Shown here: positions 9,646 to 19,815 of the stretch, in pieces
Numbering within the stretch: position 1 is the stretch's first letter
Layout of the letters: each line of letters opens with the position of its first letter
Assembly (NCBI GenBank): GCA_035352955.1
Contig: DAOPYQ010000004.1
Coordinates: forward strand, 99,903-163,902
DNA: 64,000 nt
Direction of reading: 5' to 3'
Source: Candidatus Omnitrophota bacterium
GTDB taxonomy: Bacteria > Omnitrophota > Omnitrophia > Omnitrophales > Aquincolibacteriaceae
Made by a program: the position numbers and the translations under genes
Notes under the pieces: generated by a model
Databases searched by the model: none
The model's input: the letters and a program-made list of their open reading frames with translations, nothing else
Told to the model about the DNA's origin: nothing

Positions 9646-10365
9646 ATGAAGAAAGCGATCCAAAAAGACCCTCAGGCAAAAACAATTTTAAGAACGGTCA
9701 TCGGTATTCCCGTCAGGGATCTTTCTCTATACAAAGCGGCGCTCACCCACCCTTCGTTCCGTAATGAGTATTTCAAAAAAGAACGCCTCGAAGACTTCGA
9801 CCGGCTTGAGTTTCTCGGCGATTCCATCCTAAACGAGATCATCTGCCAGAAACTTTTTTCGAAATTTCCCGATGCGGACGAAGGGATGCTTTCAAAGCTC
9901 CGCTCAATCCTGGTTTCGCAACGGATCCTGAGCCGCATCGCGAAATCCCTGAAACTTCAAACCGTCCTCCGCCTCGGCAACAGTCTGCGGCATCAGTTCA
10001 AAGGCCCGCTCCAGACCAAACTTTTGACAGACGCCTTTGAGGCCCTCCTCGCAGCGATCTATTTTGATCACGGCCACGACAAGGTCGAACGGTTCATTCT
10101 GAAAAATTTCAAAGGATATTTCGATCCAAAACTTCTCTTCCGCCTCGACCCCAATCCCAAAAGCACCCTCCAGGAAATGACGCTCAAACGTTGGCAGAAA
10201 CTCCCCGAATATACCTACACTTATTCGGAAAAAGGCGTCAAAACCACGGTCGCGGTCGACCGCAGAAGAAGAGCTTCGGGGCTCCACAAGATCAAACGGG
10301 AATCCGAGCTCAAAGCCGCACGAGCCCTGATCCAGCGTTTGCGGAAAGAACTTCGAAAGAAATAG
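9646..10365 (+). CDS. rnc: ribonuclease III
   Basis: RNase III signature ERLEFLGDS plus a C-terminal dsRBD; 239 aa. Confidence 0.9.
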   Translation: MKKAIQKDPQAKTILRTVIGIPVRDLSLYKAALTHPSFRNEYFKKERLEDFDRLEFLGDSILNEIICQKLFSKFPDADEGMLSKLRSILVSQRILSRIAKSLKLQTVLRLGNSLRHQFKGPLQTKLLTDAFEALLAAIYFDHGHDKVERFILKNFKGYFDPKLLFRLDPNPKSTLQEMTLKRWQKLPEYTYTYSEKGVKTTVAVDRRRRASGLHKIKRESELKAARALIQRLRKELRKK

Positions 10366-10374
10366 AAGCGGGGT

Positions 10375-12885
10375 TTATTCCAGAACGAGCTCGTAAAGAA
10401 GCTCTTTGGCTTTCTTGCGACGAATTTTGTCGCTTAATGTTTCCCCCTGTATCGGATCGAACTTCACCGCGGGCGCGGCAAGCGGTCCGGAAAGAAGAAC
10501 GGAAATCGGACCAAAATGGGCCTTGGTTTCCTTGTTAAAAGCGGAAGCCATCTTGGGGAAAAGACGTGCCGCAAGAGCCGTCGACAAATAGACTTCGCTC
10601 CGGAAATTGGCAAGCCCCTCAAGATCAAGCGTCCCTTCGGCATCCATCACATAATCTTTCTGCTTCACAAGAAGATCCTCTGTGAAAATCTTGCCTCCGG
10701 AAAGCTTCCAGTGAAAATCCATCGCGTCAAAATCCCTGATGGAAGGCACAACCTCGCCAATGGCCGAAAAAGGCTCCATCGTCGCAAGCGTATCTTTGAG
10801 ATCAAAAGTCTGGAATTTCCCGTTCACGAGTGAAAAACTCCCCTCCCCGCCAAGGGACTTACCCCAAGCCTCTTTCCCCCACCCGCGGCCTTCAAGAAAG
10901 CCCTGAAGAGTTAAATTGCCATCGAGAACCTTTGTATTCGTATCTTTCCTACCGGTATAGAGCCCGAGATCAAGCCCCTTGACCTCCCCGTCGCAACGGT
11001 ACTGGGGTTCTTTGTCCGCAAAATCCATCATTCCCCGCAATGCGACCTGTCCCTGATAGGCCGTGAACACAAGCTCCGAAACATCCCACTTCTTGCCACG
11101 ATAGCGCACACTCGTCGAAAAATCCTTGAGTGCCTGATCCTGCGGAAACAAGACTTCGATTGAATTCGCCACCTGATCATAAAGATCGGGTGCCGCACCT
11201 GCTTCCGGAGCTTTGGAACGGCACAATCCTACAACCGCCTGCCAGGCCTCACGAGGTTTCAACTCAAGGGAAACAACCCTTACCTCAGTCTGCCGATCCT
11301 CGGCTCCCCCCCAGATCTTGAGATCCGCGACGACGGAAGAATTCCCAATATCAAATTTCATCTGACGGCCCTCAAGCATCATGGGGCTATAGTCAAAAGC
11401 CAGAGTGGCATTATGAATACCTTTTCCGTCGGAAACCACCAGAGAACCTTTTTCGATAGTGACGTTGAAAATATGTTCGGCCTTCTCCAGTTTCCGAAGA
11501 TCCCCTTTCCAGTTCGCAAGAAGCTTTGCGTCCCCCTGAATCTTGTACTGCTGCAACGCCGGAATATATTGCTCCCATCCGTTCATAGAAAATTTATTCG
11601 TAAGTAAATTCAATTGTCCGTTCCCGGTCGCGAGATCCAAATCCTTAAGGTTGCCTTTCAAACTCATCTTTTCGAACTTAACCGCAAAGTCCCCTGAAAG
11701 CGTGGCTCCTTTTTGCACCAAATAATCAAAAGAAACGTTCAGCGGAATATCTTTCGGCTTTAAAAAATACTGACCGTACGTCAAAAGCACTTTAGTGAGG
11801 TCCCAGTCAAGATGGATCGACAGGTGATCTAGCGTTCCGTCCGCAGAAACCACCCACTTGCTCGGACCTGAAAACCCAATATGGAACGGAATGGCCTTCT
11901 CAATGGCAGGGCAATATTTCAGCAGGTCTTCAAGCACCATATCTGAGACCGCAAAATGGATCCCGGAAATCTCCCCCGTCCCGAGTTTCACAGCGCCGTT
12001 CGCCTCAATGTTTCCAATCGGGCTTTTAACCTTCATTTTGTGGACCTTCAATTCTTCTGTATCGTGGTTCCAAGCTCCGGTCATGTTCCACTCCGCGTCA
12101 AACGAAGGCGGTGCAGTCCATGTCTTATCCTGGAGCACTTCGTAGGCCAATCCTTTCCCGCTTCCCTCGGCACTCAACTCTACAAAGGGTTCCCGGATCT
12201 TTTTCGTGATCTCGAGGGTCGTGCGGATCTCTCCATCCTTAAAAAAAACAGAGCGCCTCGGATCATAGCTCGGCTCCCGAGAGACATGATGAAGAACGAT
12301 ATCTTTGAGTTCGACCGCAAGATGGCCGCTGGTCTTTTCCCAGCTCCATTTCTTGAGAGAATCCACCATGAGATGGCCCTTTACCACGAGAGCGTCCGGT
12401 TTCCCTCCGACACCGCTTGTAAATTGCAACGGGATAGGGATATTGGGGCGAACCGCGCCCATCTTCAGAGAGAAATTCTCGAGTTTTACAGAACCCGTAC
12501 CCCCGATCACGGAACCCGGCAACGGCAAAAGAGAAAGCGGAATCTCCGACATCCCCCCGAGGGCATAAACGGCGGAGGGCTCGACGCGACCGATCAAGAG
12601 CGGAAGGATATTGACGTCAAAGCGGAACCTGTCCGCCTCGATCACAAGAGGACTTCCCGGAAAAGTAAGTTTCGCCTGCTCGAGGACAACCCGGGGTTGG
12701 GGAAAATAACCCACTTGAAATTTCTGGCAACTTAACGTTCCTTCGGTAATAGCTTGAACTCTCTGGACAAGCACTTCCTGGACTTTCTGGGAAGGAAGCA
12801 GGCGATTGGCCTGGAACCATAGCGCCGCCAACGACACCGCCGCGAGGGAAACGACAATAAGCAGGATTTGATGGCGTTTTTTCAT
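10375..12885 (-). CDS. AsmA-family envelope protein (N-terminal TM anchor, large periplasmic domain)
   Basis: 836 aa, a single N-terminal TM helix (ILLIVVSLAAVSLAALWF) and a composition and length typical of AsmA/DUF3971-like proteins. No catalytic motifs recognised. Confidence 0.45.
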   Translation of the reverse strand: MKKRHQILLIVVSLAAVSLAALWFQANRLLPSQKVQEVLVQRVQAITEGTLSCQKFQVGYFPQPRVVLEQAKLTFPGSPLVIEADRFRFDVNILPLLIGRVEPSAVYALGGMSEIPLSLLPLPGSVIGGTGSVKLENFSLKMGAVRPNIPIPLQFTSGVGGKPDALVVKGHLMVDSLKKWSWEKTSGHLAVELKDIVLHHVSREPSYDPRRSVFFKDGEIRTTLEITKKIREPFVELSAEGSGKGLAYEVLQDKTWTAPPSFDAEWNMTGAWNHDTEELKVHKMKVKSPIGNIEANGAVKLGTGEISGIHFAVSDMVLEDLLKYCPAIEKAIPFHIGFSGPSKWVVSADGTLDHLSIHLDWDLTKVLLTYGQYFLKPKDIPLNVSFDYLVQKGATLSGDFAVKFEKMSLKGNLKDLDLATGNGQLNLLTNKFSMNGWEQYIPALQQYKIQGDAKLLANWKGDLRKLEKAEHIFNVTIEKGSLVVSDGKGIHNATLAFDYSPMMLEGRQMKFDIGNSSVVADLKIWGGAEDRQTEVRVVSLELKPREAWQAVVGLCRSKAPEAGAAPDLYDQVANSIEVLFPQDQALKDFSTSVRYRGKKWDVSELVFTAYQGQVALRGMMDFADKEPQYRCDGEVKGLDLGLYTGRKDTNTKVLDGNLTLQGFLEGRGWGKEAWGKSLGGEGSFSLVNGKFQTFDLKDTLATMEPFSAIGEVVPSIRDFDAMDFHWKLSGGKIFTEDLLVKQKDYVMDAEGTLDLEGLANFRSEVYLSTALAARLFPKMASAFNKETKAHFGPISVLLSGPLAAPAVKFDPIQGETLSDKIRRKKAKELLYELVLE

Positions 12886-12940
12886 GGCTTTTAAACTCGC
12901 CCCAGGGACGCAGGCCCGAAAAAGCCGGACCGGTTTGAAT

Positions 12941-12977
12941 CAAAAAAATGGGCTCCCCCGACGCATCAGGAGAGCCC
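12941..12977 (-). terminator. rho-independent terminator downstream of rpsI
   Basis: Minus-strand hairpin GGGCTCTCC-TGATGCGTC-GGGGAGCCC followed by ATTTTTTT. Confidence 0.6.
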
Positions 12978-13106
12978 GTGATCACATATTTGAATTGATC
13001 CCCGGTGCCGCCACGGGGTGATAATTGTAATCTTCCATGAACGCCTGACAACCTGACAACATCAGTGCAAGCGCCAGAACCCAAAGGCCCAAGGAAAGGG
13101 AGCGCA

Positions 13107-13508
13107 TTAACGCTTCGTGAACTGGAAGCCTCTGCGCGCGCCTTTACGACCGGGTTTCTTTCTTTCTTTTTCCCGCGGATCACGCGTCATGAACCCTCCC
13201 TTGCGCATTGAGGACCGCGCTTCAGGATTCTGCTGCACAAGCGCTCTCGCAATACCAAGCCGGATCGCGCCGGCCTGACCTGCGACGCCTCCGCCTTCCA
13301 CCCGGGCACGGATACGGACCTGGCCCAGAAGATTAGCGGTTTTGAGAGGCTGTTCGACAAGCATCTGAAGATTCGCACGTTTGAGATACTTGTCGGAATC
13401 CTGGCCGTTGACCTTGAAACCTTTTTGGCCCGGAAAAATCCAGACGCGAGCGACGGCGGATTTACGACGTCCTGTACCGTAAAAGATCGTTGAAGATGAT
13501 GTGGTCAT
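13107..13508 (-). CDS. rpsI: 30S ribosomal protein S9
   Basis: 133 aa with the conserved C-terminal KKPGRKGARRGFQFTKR tail. The start overlaps the rplM stop (TAATG). Confidence 0.93.
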   Translation of the reverse strand: MTTSSSTIFYGTGRRKSAVARVWIFPGQKGFKVNGQDSDKYLKRANLQMLVEQPLKTANLLGQVRIRARVEGGGVAGQAGAIRLGIARALVQQNPEARSSMRKGGFMTRDPREKERKKPGRKGARRGFQFTKR

Positions 13509-13939
13509 TAAGCAACCTCGATTAGAGTGGGTTTTTGAGCTTTGTTCCGGTACTCGGAACCGACGTAAACGCGGAGCCTTTTAAGCATCACATCGCCGTT
13601 GCGGGTCTTCGGAAGCATACGGGAAACGGCGCGGAGAATGATCTCTGCGGGTTTCTTGGCCATCAGGTCCTCATAGGTACAAGTCCGCAAGCCGCCGGGA
13701 AACCCCGTAAAATGCTTGTAGACCTTGTCCTCTTTCTTGTTCCCCGTCACATGAATCTTCTCGGCGTTAATGATGATGACCTGATCGCCGACAAGCATGT
13801 CCTTGGCAAAGCAGGTCTTTCCTTTGCCGATGAGGAGAGAAGCAACGCGGGTCGCGAGACGACCCAAGGTCTTCCCCGATGCATCGATCAGATAACTTTT
13901 GCGGTTGATGTCTTTGTCTTTGGGAATAAAAGTTTTCAT
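13508..13939 (-). CDS. rplM: 50S ribosomal protein L13
   Basis: 143 aa with an L13 N-terminus (KTFIPK…WYLIDA-like, here SYLIDASGKTLGRLAT). Confidence 0.93.
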   Translation of the reverse strand: MKTFIPKDKDINRKSYLIDASGKTLGRLATRVASLLIGKGKTCFAKDMLVGDQVIIINAEKIHVTGNKKEDKVYKHFTGFPGGLRTCTYEDLMAKKPAEIILRAVSRMLPKTRNGDVMLKRLRVYVGSEYRNKAQKPTLIEVA

Positions 13940-14103
13940 AGCTCTCTTTTCTTAGATGAATTAGGGAGAAATCACAAGGCAGGAGAACCCTCTTGCGACT
14001 CGAAGTACCCTGAAAAAGTTGCCGAAGTATACCAGACCCCCGTTAATCCTGTCAAACTTTTCTATTACCTTATCCTTTCCCCGGAGATCCCGCCGCCTTG
14101 GGT

Positions 14104-14140
14104 CAAAAAAAGACTACCGCTCGGAATCCGAGCGGTAGTC
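14104..14140 (-). terminator. rho-independent terminator of the repeat-protein gene
   Basis: 14-bp perfect palindrome GACTACCGCTCGGA/TCCGAGCGGTAGTC followed on the minus strand by TTTTTTT. It lies 30 nt after the stop at 14170. Confidence 0.65.
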
Positions 14141-14169
14141 CGGATTGCCGTCCCTTTGGAGCTTTCAGA

Positions 14170-16671
14170 TCATGCCGTATAAGCCTCCCACTTTTTGGTC
14201 ACGGGATCATAGCTCTTCAAAACCGTAGAGCGCCCGACCCTGACCGAATAGATCTCTTTCAGACCAGTTTCGGTGATCACGTAATAGAGGCCGCTCCGGA
14301 TACTCCCCTGGTTCTGGGAAGTGGGTTTTTCGGAAACATTACCTGTCCAAAGATCCATGACACGGACCTGATTTCCGCTGATCACCTGGTACGCCAAAGT
14401 CGAAATCGACGGCACAGCGGTCCATCCGGTCGGTACCGGCCGAGGTACGGCCTTCAAAGAGGTCATGTCCACCCAGACCTGCTTACCGTCTGTTTTCGTG
14501 ATCACCGCAAGATTCCCGTCAAACGAGACATCCTTGAGTTTTCCGGAAATTATTAATTTCTTAGCGGAATTGGCGATCTTCTGGATATAAACAGTGGAGG
14601 AAACTCCATAGACCACCGTCGACCCATCAGGGGAAACATCATAATCCTGAGCCAGTACTTCGTTGCCCCGTACGACAGTGACCGTCTGAACCTTCCCCGT
14701 CGTAAGATCCATCAAGGAAAGGGTCTTCATGGTCGGGTTTCCCGTCAGGCGGAACGCAAAGTTCTCGTTGCTTGTCGCGCGCGTCCAATCGGCCGGAACC
14801 GGAGGAGGAACCACCTTTAACGTGTTAAGGGCTACCCACGTCGAAACACCGCTTGTTAAAGTCAGTTTCACAACCTGACCGTTATTTTCGAAACTGATAC
14901 CGCTCAAGACTCCGTCCAGATAAAAAACATTCTGGTTGGTCGTATCCGCCAGAAGTTTCACGGCGGTTTTTGAAACGCCTGCCGACGTGTAGCTAAAAAT
15001 AACCGCCGTCCCGTCGGGAGACACATCATAAATCGTCGGGATGGTGGTCGATCCGGCCACTCCCGCAATCAGCAGTTGCTCCTTGCCGGTATTGAGATCA
15101 AGCAGGTAAAGACTTGTGGCATTGCTCCCGTTAATTTTTTCCGAACGCACCTGAAATGCAAAACGCGCGTTCGATGTCGCGCGCGTCCAACCGGTGGGCA
15201 CCATGGGGATCGCGTTCTGGAGATACTCCTGTTCGGTAATGCTCACATAGAACCCGACCGGATAGCTGTACCTCATGTTGTAGAGCTGATAGATCTCCTT
15301 CGTACCGGTAGCGCCCGTCCGCCTCCAGTGCAAAAAGATCATGTCCTGGGAGGCCCGCACGGTTTCAACCAGAGAATCACCGTTCGCAGGGCTGATTTCG
15401 GAAACCTTGCTCCAGTATCCTTCGAGGAACAGATAGTAAGCGTCGGACGACTGATACACGCCGTACCCCGCACCGTTAAAAACATTTTTCAGTTCAGAAA
15501 ATGAACCGATATCGACGTAAACCGTACGGGTATTCCACGACGGATTCACAGACACCGTATTCTCCAGATTAAGCGTCAATACTTTGGAAACACGGTTATA
15601 CCCTGTGGAAGTCACGTAACCTTGCAATGTGATCTTTCCGGCCGACGTCCCCATCTTCTGCACATAAGTCGTGCTGCCATAAGGAGGCTGCGTGGTCCCG
15701 TAGATCACAGCGCTCCCGTCCGCAAGTACGTCATAGTTCGAATCAATATGCGCGGGATAAGGCACGCTTCCATCCACGCGAATAAGTTCGGTCTCCGCCC
15801 CGGTCAAAAGATCTTTGACCTTTAAAACCGCCATCGAACCACTCCCCGAAACTTGAAATGCATAATAAGCATTGCTGACCGCGCGCGTCCAACCTGCTGG
15901 GACCTTGATATATCCCGTGGCAAGTTCGATCTCGTAAGTTTTTGTCTGCCCATTTTGAGTGACCGTTACTTGCGCCGTATCCGAAGCGGCGAACTGAACA
16001 TTTCCGAGCGTTCCCTGAAGAATCGCGCGCCCGTCGGCCACCACCTCCCAGCCGTTCCCCAAACCAACCGAAGAACTATACACATTCCGGCTACAAAACA
16101 CGTGGGCTCCGTCCGGCGAAACATAGACCATCGACCCTACCGAGCTAACTCCGGTAAATTCACCGTAAACCACCAAATCCGTTTCGGCGCCGCTCCGCAG
16201 ATCCATTAAATAGAGCGTGTAATTAAACCTTCCGAGACGCGGTTCTCCCGAAACCCGGGTTTGAAAAGCAAAGTTTGCGTTCCCCTCCGTGCGTGTCCAA
16301 CCGCTCGGGACCGCAGGAACACTGGCTGTCGTCGCATTTGCCGTTTGCGCGTTAGCTTGCGAAGCAGCGGCCTTGGTGTTCTCCTGAGACTTCCCTTGTC
16401 CCAAAGAAAGCGGGCTCGGGTTTTGGATAGCGGAGCCCGATGGAACTTCGGGCGATACCGCTGTCTGTTTGGCATTTGCCTGCGCCAACGTCACGGTGGC
16501 TGCCGGCCGGTTGGTGTCATCGGTGATCAGGACCATATCCGCCAAAGAAACAGGCGCAGGGATCCCGCTAAAAACAAAAAGAACGGTTACAAAACTTGCG
16601 ACCGTTCTATACATTGCCCCATTTTTTTTAAAGAGTTTCATTTCTTTTTTTGCACCGTTTTTTGCGTTCAT
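14170..16671 (-). CDS. secreted tandem-repeat protein (5 repeats of ~90-230 aa, PD40-like SPDG motifs); function unknown
   Basis: The 833-aa ORF has an N-terminal signal peptide (MYRTVASFVTVLFVFSGIPAPVSLA) and an Ala/Gln/Thr/Ser-rich linker. Five repeats start at aa 121, 257, 491, 625 and 746 (nt 16311, 15903, 15201, 14799, 14436). Each opens with VP(S/A/T)GWTR(A/T)xSNAxFAFQ and contains (L/M)xL(M/L)DLxTG and (Y)DVSPDG(S/T)xV(V/I)(F/Y). A GAGAGGTG SD is upstream, with an AT-rich promoter region at 16672-16836. Confidence 0.7.
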   Translation of the reverse strand: MNAKNGAKKEMKLFKKNGAMYRTVASFVTVLFVFSGIPAPVSLADMVLITDDTNRPAATVTLAQANAKQTAVSPEVPSGSAIQNPSPLSLGQGKSQENTKAAASQANAQTANATTASVPAVPSGWTRTEGNANFAFQTRVSGEPRLGRFNYTLYLMDLRSGAETDLVVYGEFTGVSSVGSMVYVSPDGAHVFCSRNVYSSSVGLGNGWEVVADGRAILQGTLGNVQFAASDTAQVTVTQNGQTKTYEIELATGYIKVPAGWTRAVSNAYYAFQVSGSGSMAVLKVKDLLTGAETELIRVDGSVPYPAHIDSNYDVLADGSAVIYGTTQPPYGSTTYVQKMGTSAGKITLQGYVTSTGYNRVSKVLTLNLENTVSVNPSWNTRTVYVDIGSFSELKNVFNGAGYGVYQSSDAYYLFLEGYWSKVSEISPANGDSLVETVRASQDMIFLHWRRTGATGTKEIYQLYNMRYSYPVGFYVSITEQEYLQNAIPMVPTGWTRATSNARFAFQVRSEKINGSNATSLYLLDLNTGKEQLLIAGVAGSTTIPTIYDVSPDGTAVIFSYTSAGVSKTAVKLLADTTNQNVFYLDGVLSGISFENNGQVVKLTLTSGVSTWVALNTLKVVPPPVPADWTRATSNENFAFRLTGNPTMKTLSLMDLTTGKVQTVTVVRGNEVLAQDYDVSPDGSTVVYGVSSTVYIQKIANSAKKLIISGKLKDVSFDGNLAVITKTDGKQVWVDMTSLKAVPRPVPTGWTAVPSISTLAYQVISGNQVRVMDLWTGNVSEKPTSQNQGSIRSGLYYVITETGLKEIYSVRVGRSTVLKSYDPVTKKWEAYTA

Positions 16672-16836
16672 ATAGCACCTCTCTTTTTTTTATTTTTTGT
16701 CTCTTTTAGAGACTAAAAGCTTTTTAAATTTCGTTAAAAAGACACCATAAAAAAAAGAAACTTCATTCCAAGATTAACATGTTTTAATAATATGTCAAGA
16801 CTGTGCTATTTCTTATGATGAAAAACCTTGAAATCG

Positions 16837-17595
16837 CTAGTAGGAAACCCTCTGAAGGAACAGTCCTTCAGAGGGAGCGGTATTCCCGGAAAAACGGCGG
16901 GATTTTGCCCCTAGTATGGAAGGAATATCGGATGGTTTTCGCTTTCCCCTGCCAACCTCAAGAAGCGTTCCGACAAGGTTACGGACCATATGGTAAAGGA
17001 ACCCGTCCGCCTCAAAATGAAAGGTCAAAAGAGAACCCACCTTCGTGATTCGGACAACTTTTAAGGTTCTGACAAAATCAGCCTCTTTTTTCCCTCGCCC
17101 CTTAAGGACCGCCGTTTCGGAAGTGAAGGAACGAAAATCATGGCGACCGGTGAAATGTTTTGCGGCACGGCGCATTGCGGAAAGATCCAGAGAATACGGC
17201 ACGTGAAATGCACGGCCGGCCGTAAGCGGCGAGCGAAACGGACTATTCCAGGCACGGTATTCGTAAACCTTGGACTTGGCGTTGTAACGCGCGTGGAAAT
17301 CAGCGGGAACCTCTTCGGCGGATTTTACGACGATCTCGGGCGGGAGATGCGCATTCAAACCTTTTTGAATCTTCCGGAGATCGCGATCGCTTGAGGTCTT
17401 GAAATTAACAACCTGCCCCGCAGCGTGGACCCCGGCATCGGTTCGCCCGCTCGCAGAAGCGATCTTCATTTTACGATCGAAGAACGCGGAAAGGGCTTTC
17501 TCGAGAGACTCCTGGATGGTAGGTCTGCCGGGCTGCCGCTGAAATCCGAAGAACGCGGAACCGTCGTACTCTAAAACCAGCTTGATATTACGCAT
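16837..17595 (-). CDS. truA: tRNA pseudouridine(38-40) synthase
   Basis: TruA N-terminus MRNIKLVLEYDG and catalytic RTDAGVHA. The GTG-extended ORF to 17613 is less likely. Confidence 0.87.
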   Translation of the reverse strand: MRNIKLVLEYDGSAFFGFQRQPGRPTIQESLEKALSAFFDRKMKIASASGRTDAGVHAAGQVVNFKTSSDRDLRKIQKGLNAHLPPEIVVKSAEEVPADFHARYNAKSKVYEYRAWNSPFRSPLTAGRAFHVPYSLDLSAMRRAAKHFTGRHDFRSFTSETAVLKGRGKKEADFVRTLKVVRITKVGSLLTFHFEADGFLYHMVRNLVGTLLEVGRGKRKPSDIPSILGAKSRRFSGNTAPSEGLFLQRVSY

Positions 17596-17647
17596 GATCG
17601 TTCCACGGGCCACGTCCCACGAGAAATCTTTTTAGGTGGATCGCGGC

Positions 17648-18655
17648 TCAGCCCTTGAAAAGAATTTCCGCGATCTGAACCGCGTTCGTCGCGGCGCCTT
17701 TTCGGATCTGATCGCCGGAAACGAACATCACAAGGCCATGTTTCACGGTCGGATCGATACGCAAACGGCCGACAAAAACATCGTCCTGCCCCGTCGTCTC
17801 AAGCGGCATCGGGAAGTAGTTCTTCTCGCGATCGTCGACGATCTTCACGCCCGGTGCTTTAGCGAGAAGGGCGCGCGCCTCGTCCGACGTGATGGGCCGT
17901 TCCGTCTCAACGGTCAGCGCTTCGGAATGGGCGCGAAGCACGGGCACGCGAACGCAAGTCGCGGTGATCTGGATATCCGGATCGTGGAAAATCTTCCGGG
18001 TTTCTTTCACCATTTTGGTCTCTTCCTCGTTGTAACCGTCGGGTCCGATCTTGGAATTGTGCGAGAACACGTTGAACGCGATCTGATGCGGCAGAACATT
18101 TTTCCGAACAGGTCTTCCGGCCAGAAAATCCTTCGCCTGAAGCTCAAGCTCTTCCATCGCTTTCGCGCCGGCGCCGCTTGCAGCCTGATAGGTTGCCGCG
18201 ACAACGCGTTTGATCTTCGCAGCTTTATGGATCGGCCAAAGCGGAACAAGCGCGATGATCGTGGAACAATTCGGATTCGCAATGATCCCCTTGTGCTTCG
18301 CGATATCCTCAGGATTGATCTCGGGGATCACTAGCGGCACTTCCGGATCCATCCGGAACGCGCTCGTGTTATCCACCACAACCGCGCCCGCTTTCACGGC
18401 GTGTGGTGCCAAGGCTTTCGAGATCGAGCCGCCCGCGCTCGCAAGCACAAGGTCGATCCCCTTGAAAGAATCCGGGGTCGCCTCTTCGATCCTGTAGGTC
18501 TTGCCCATGAACTTTTGCTCTTTCCCCGCCGAACGGCCCGAAGCAAGCATTTTCAGCGACGCGAACGGGAACTTCCGTTCTTCGATAATGGCCAAAAGTT
18601 CCTGGCCGACCGCACCGGTGACACCCAGAATTGCGACCTTAAGATCCTTTTTCAT
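17648..18655 (-). CDS. asd: aspartate-semialdehyde dehydrogenase
   Basis: 335 aa with the N-terminal AILGVTGAVGQ Rossmann motif and the active-site cysteine context ANPNCSTI. Confidence 0.9.
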   Translation of the reverse strand: MKKDLKVAILGVTGAVGQELLAIIEERKFPFASLKMLASGRSAGKEQKFMGKTYRIEEATPDSFKGIDLVLASAGGSISKALAPHAVKAGAVVVDNTSAFRMDPEVPLVIPEINPEDIAKHKGIIANPNCSTIIALVPLWPIHKAAKIKRVVAATYQAASGAGAKAMEELELQAKDFLAGRPVRKNVLPHQIAFNVFSHNSKIGPDGYNEEETKMVKETRKIFHDPDIQITATCVRVPVLRAHSEALTVETERPITSDEARALLAKAPGVKIVDDREKNYFPMPLETTGQDDVFVGRLRIDPTVKHGLVMFVSGDQIRKGAATNAVQIAEILFKG

Positions 18656-18675
18656 TTTTTCACCCCTAGATTGGA

Positions 18676-19746
18676 TTAATGAATTCTCTCGACGACCAGA
18701 TCGCCCATCTTCGCGCAGCCGACCTTCGTCGTGCCCTCGGTATAAATGTCCGCCGACCGGTATCCTTCGGCAAGCGTCTTCTCCACCGCGGCCTCAACGG
18801 CCCGCGCGGCCTTGCTCTGATGAAAACTGTATTCGAGCATCATGGCGAGGGACAGGATCGTCGCAAGCGGATTCGCCATATCCTTGCCCGCGATATCGGG
18901 CGCGGAACCGTGAACGGGCTCATACATCGCCACTTTGTCCCCCAAAGAAGCGGAAGGAAGCATCCCGATCGAACCAGTCAACATCGCCGACTCGTCACTT
19001 AAAATATCCCCGAACAGATTGCTCGTTACGATCACGTCAAATTGTTTCGGGTCCCGGATCAGTTGCATCGCGCAATCATCCACATAGCGGTGACTGAGCT
19101 CGACATCCGGGTAACCTTTGGCGACCTCGACCACAACTTTGCGCCAAAGCTGGCTGACGTCCAGAACATTCGCCTTATCGACCGAAGTCAATTTCTTGCG
19201 GCGTTTACGGGCGAACTCAAACGCCATCCGCGCGATCCTTTGGACTTCGGAAGCGGTGTAAGCCATGGTGTTGAACCCGCGCTCTTCTCCGTTCGGGAGT
19301 TTCTCAATCCCACGCGGCATCCCGAAGTAGACACCGCTCACAAGCTCGCGAAGAATAATGAAATCGAGCCCCTTCACAACCTCTTCTTTGAGGGGAGAAC
19401 GTGCCACGAGCTGGGAGAACATCTTCACCGGCCGGAGGTTCGCGTAAGCATTCAACCCCTTGCGCAATCCCAACAACCCTTTTTCGGGACGCTTGTCCGA
19501 TGGCAACGCGTCCCATTTCGGACCGCCGACCGCGCCAAGAAAAACCGCATCGGATTTCTTGGCTTTTTCCAAGGCCTCGGGAGTCAAAGGGACTCCGTGC
19601 TTATCGATCGAAGCGCCTCCTGCTAAAAGCTCTTCTGTTTCAAATTTCAGGTTTGAAATTCCTTCAACCTTGCGGAGGACCTTCAGCGCCTGCGCCGTCA
19701 CTTCGATCCCGATACCATCTCCGGGGAAAACCGCGATCCGATTCAT
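18676..19746 (-). CDS. leuB: 3-isopropylmalate dehydrogenase
   Basis: 356 aa. IDH/IMDH family motif NLFGDILSD and start [10 protein letters not shown]. Confidence 0.9.
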   Translation of the reverse strand: MNRIAVFPGDGIGIEVTAQALKVLRKVEGISNLKFETEELLAGGASIDKHGVPLTPEALEKAKKSDAVFLGAVGGPKWDALPSDKRPEKGLLGLRKGLNAYANLRPVKMFSQLVARSPLKEEVVKGLDFIILRELVSGVYFGMPRGIEKLPNGEERGFNTMAYTASEVQRIARMAFEFARKRRKKLTSVDKANVLDVSQLWRKVVVEVAKGYPDVELSHRYVDDCAMQLIRDPKQFDVIVTSNLFGDILSDESAMLTGSIGMLPSASLGDKVAMYEPVHGSAPDIAGKDMANPLATILSLAMMLEYSFHQSKAARAVEAAVEKTLAEGYRSADIYTEGTTKVGCAKMGDLVVERIH

Positions 19747-19815
19747 GTTCTTTCCTTATGATTGATCCAGAGTGAATAGTAAACAACCTGCGGAAAAGCC
19801 GGCAACCGCCGGTTC

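Noticed and set aside
12617-13183. 188-aa minus-strand ORF spanning the rpsI terminator and the rpsI 3' end
   Set aside because: It runs through a strong intrinsic terminator and overlaps rpsI out of frame, and has no motif support.
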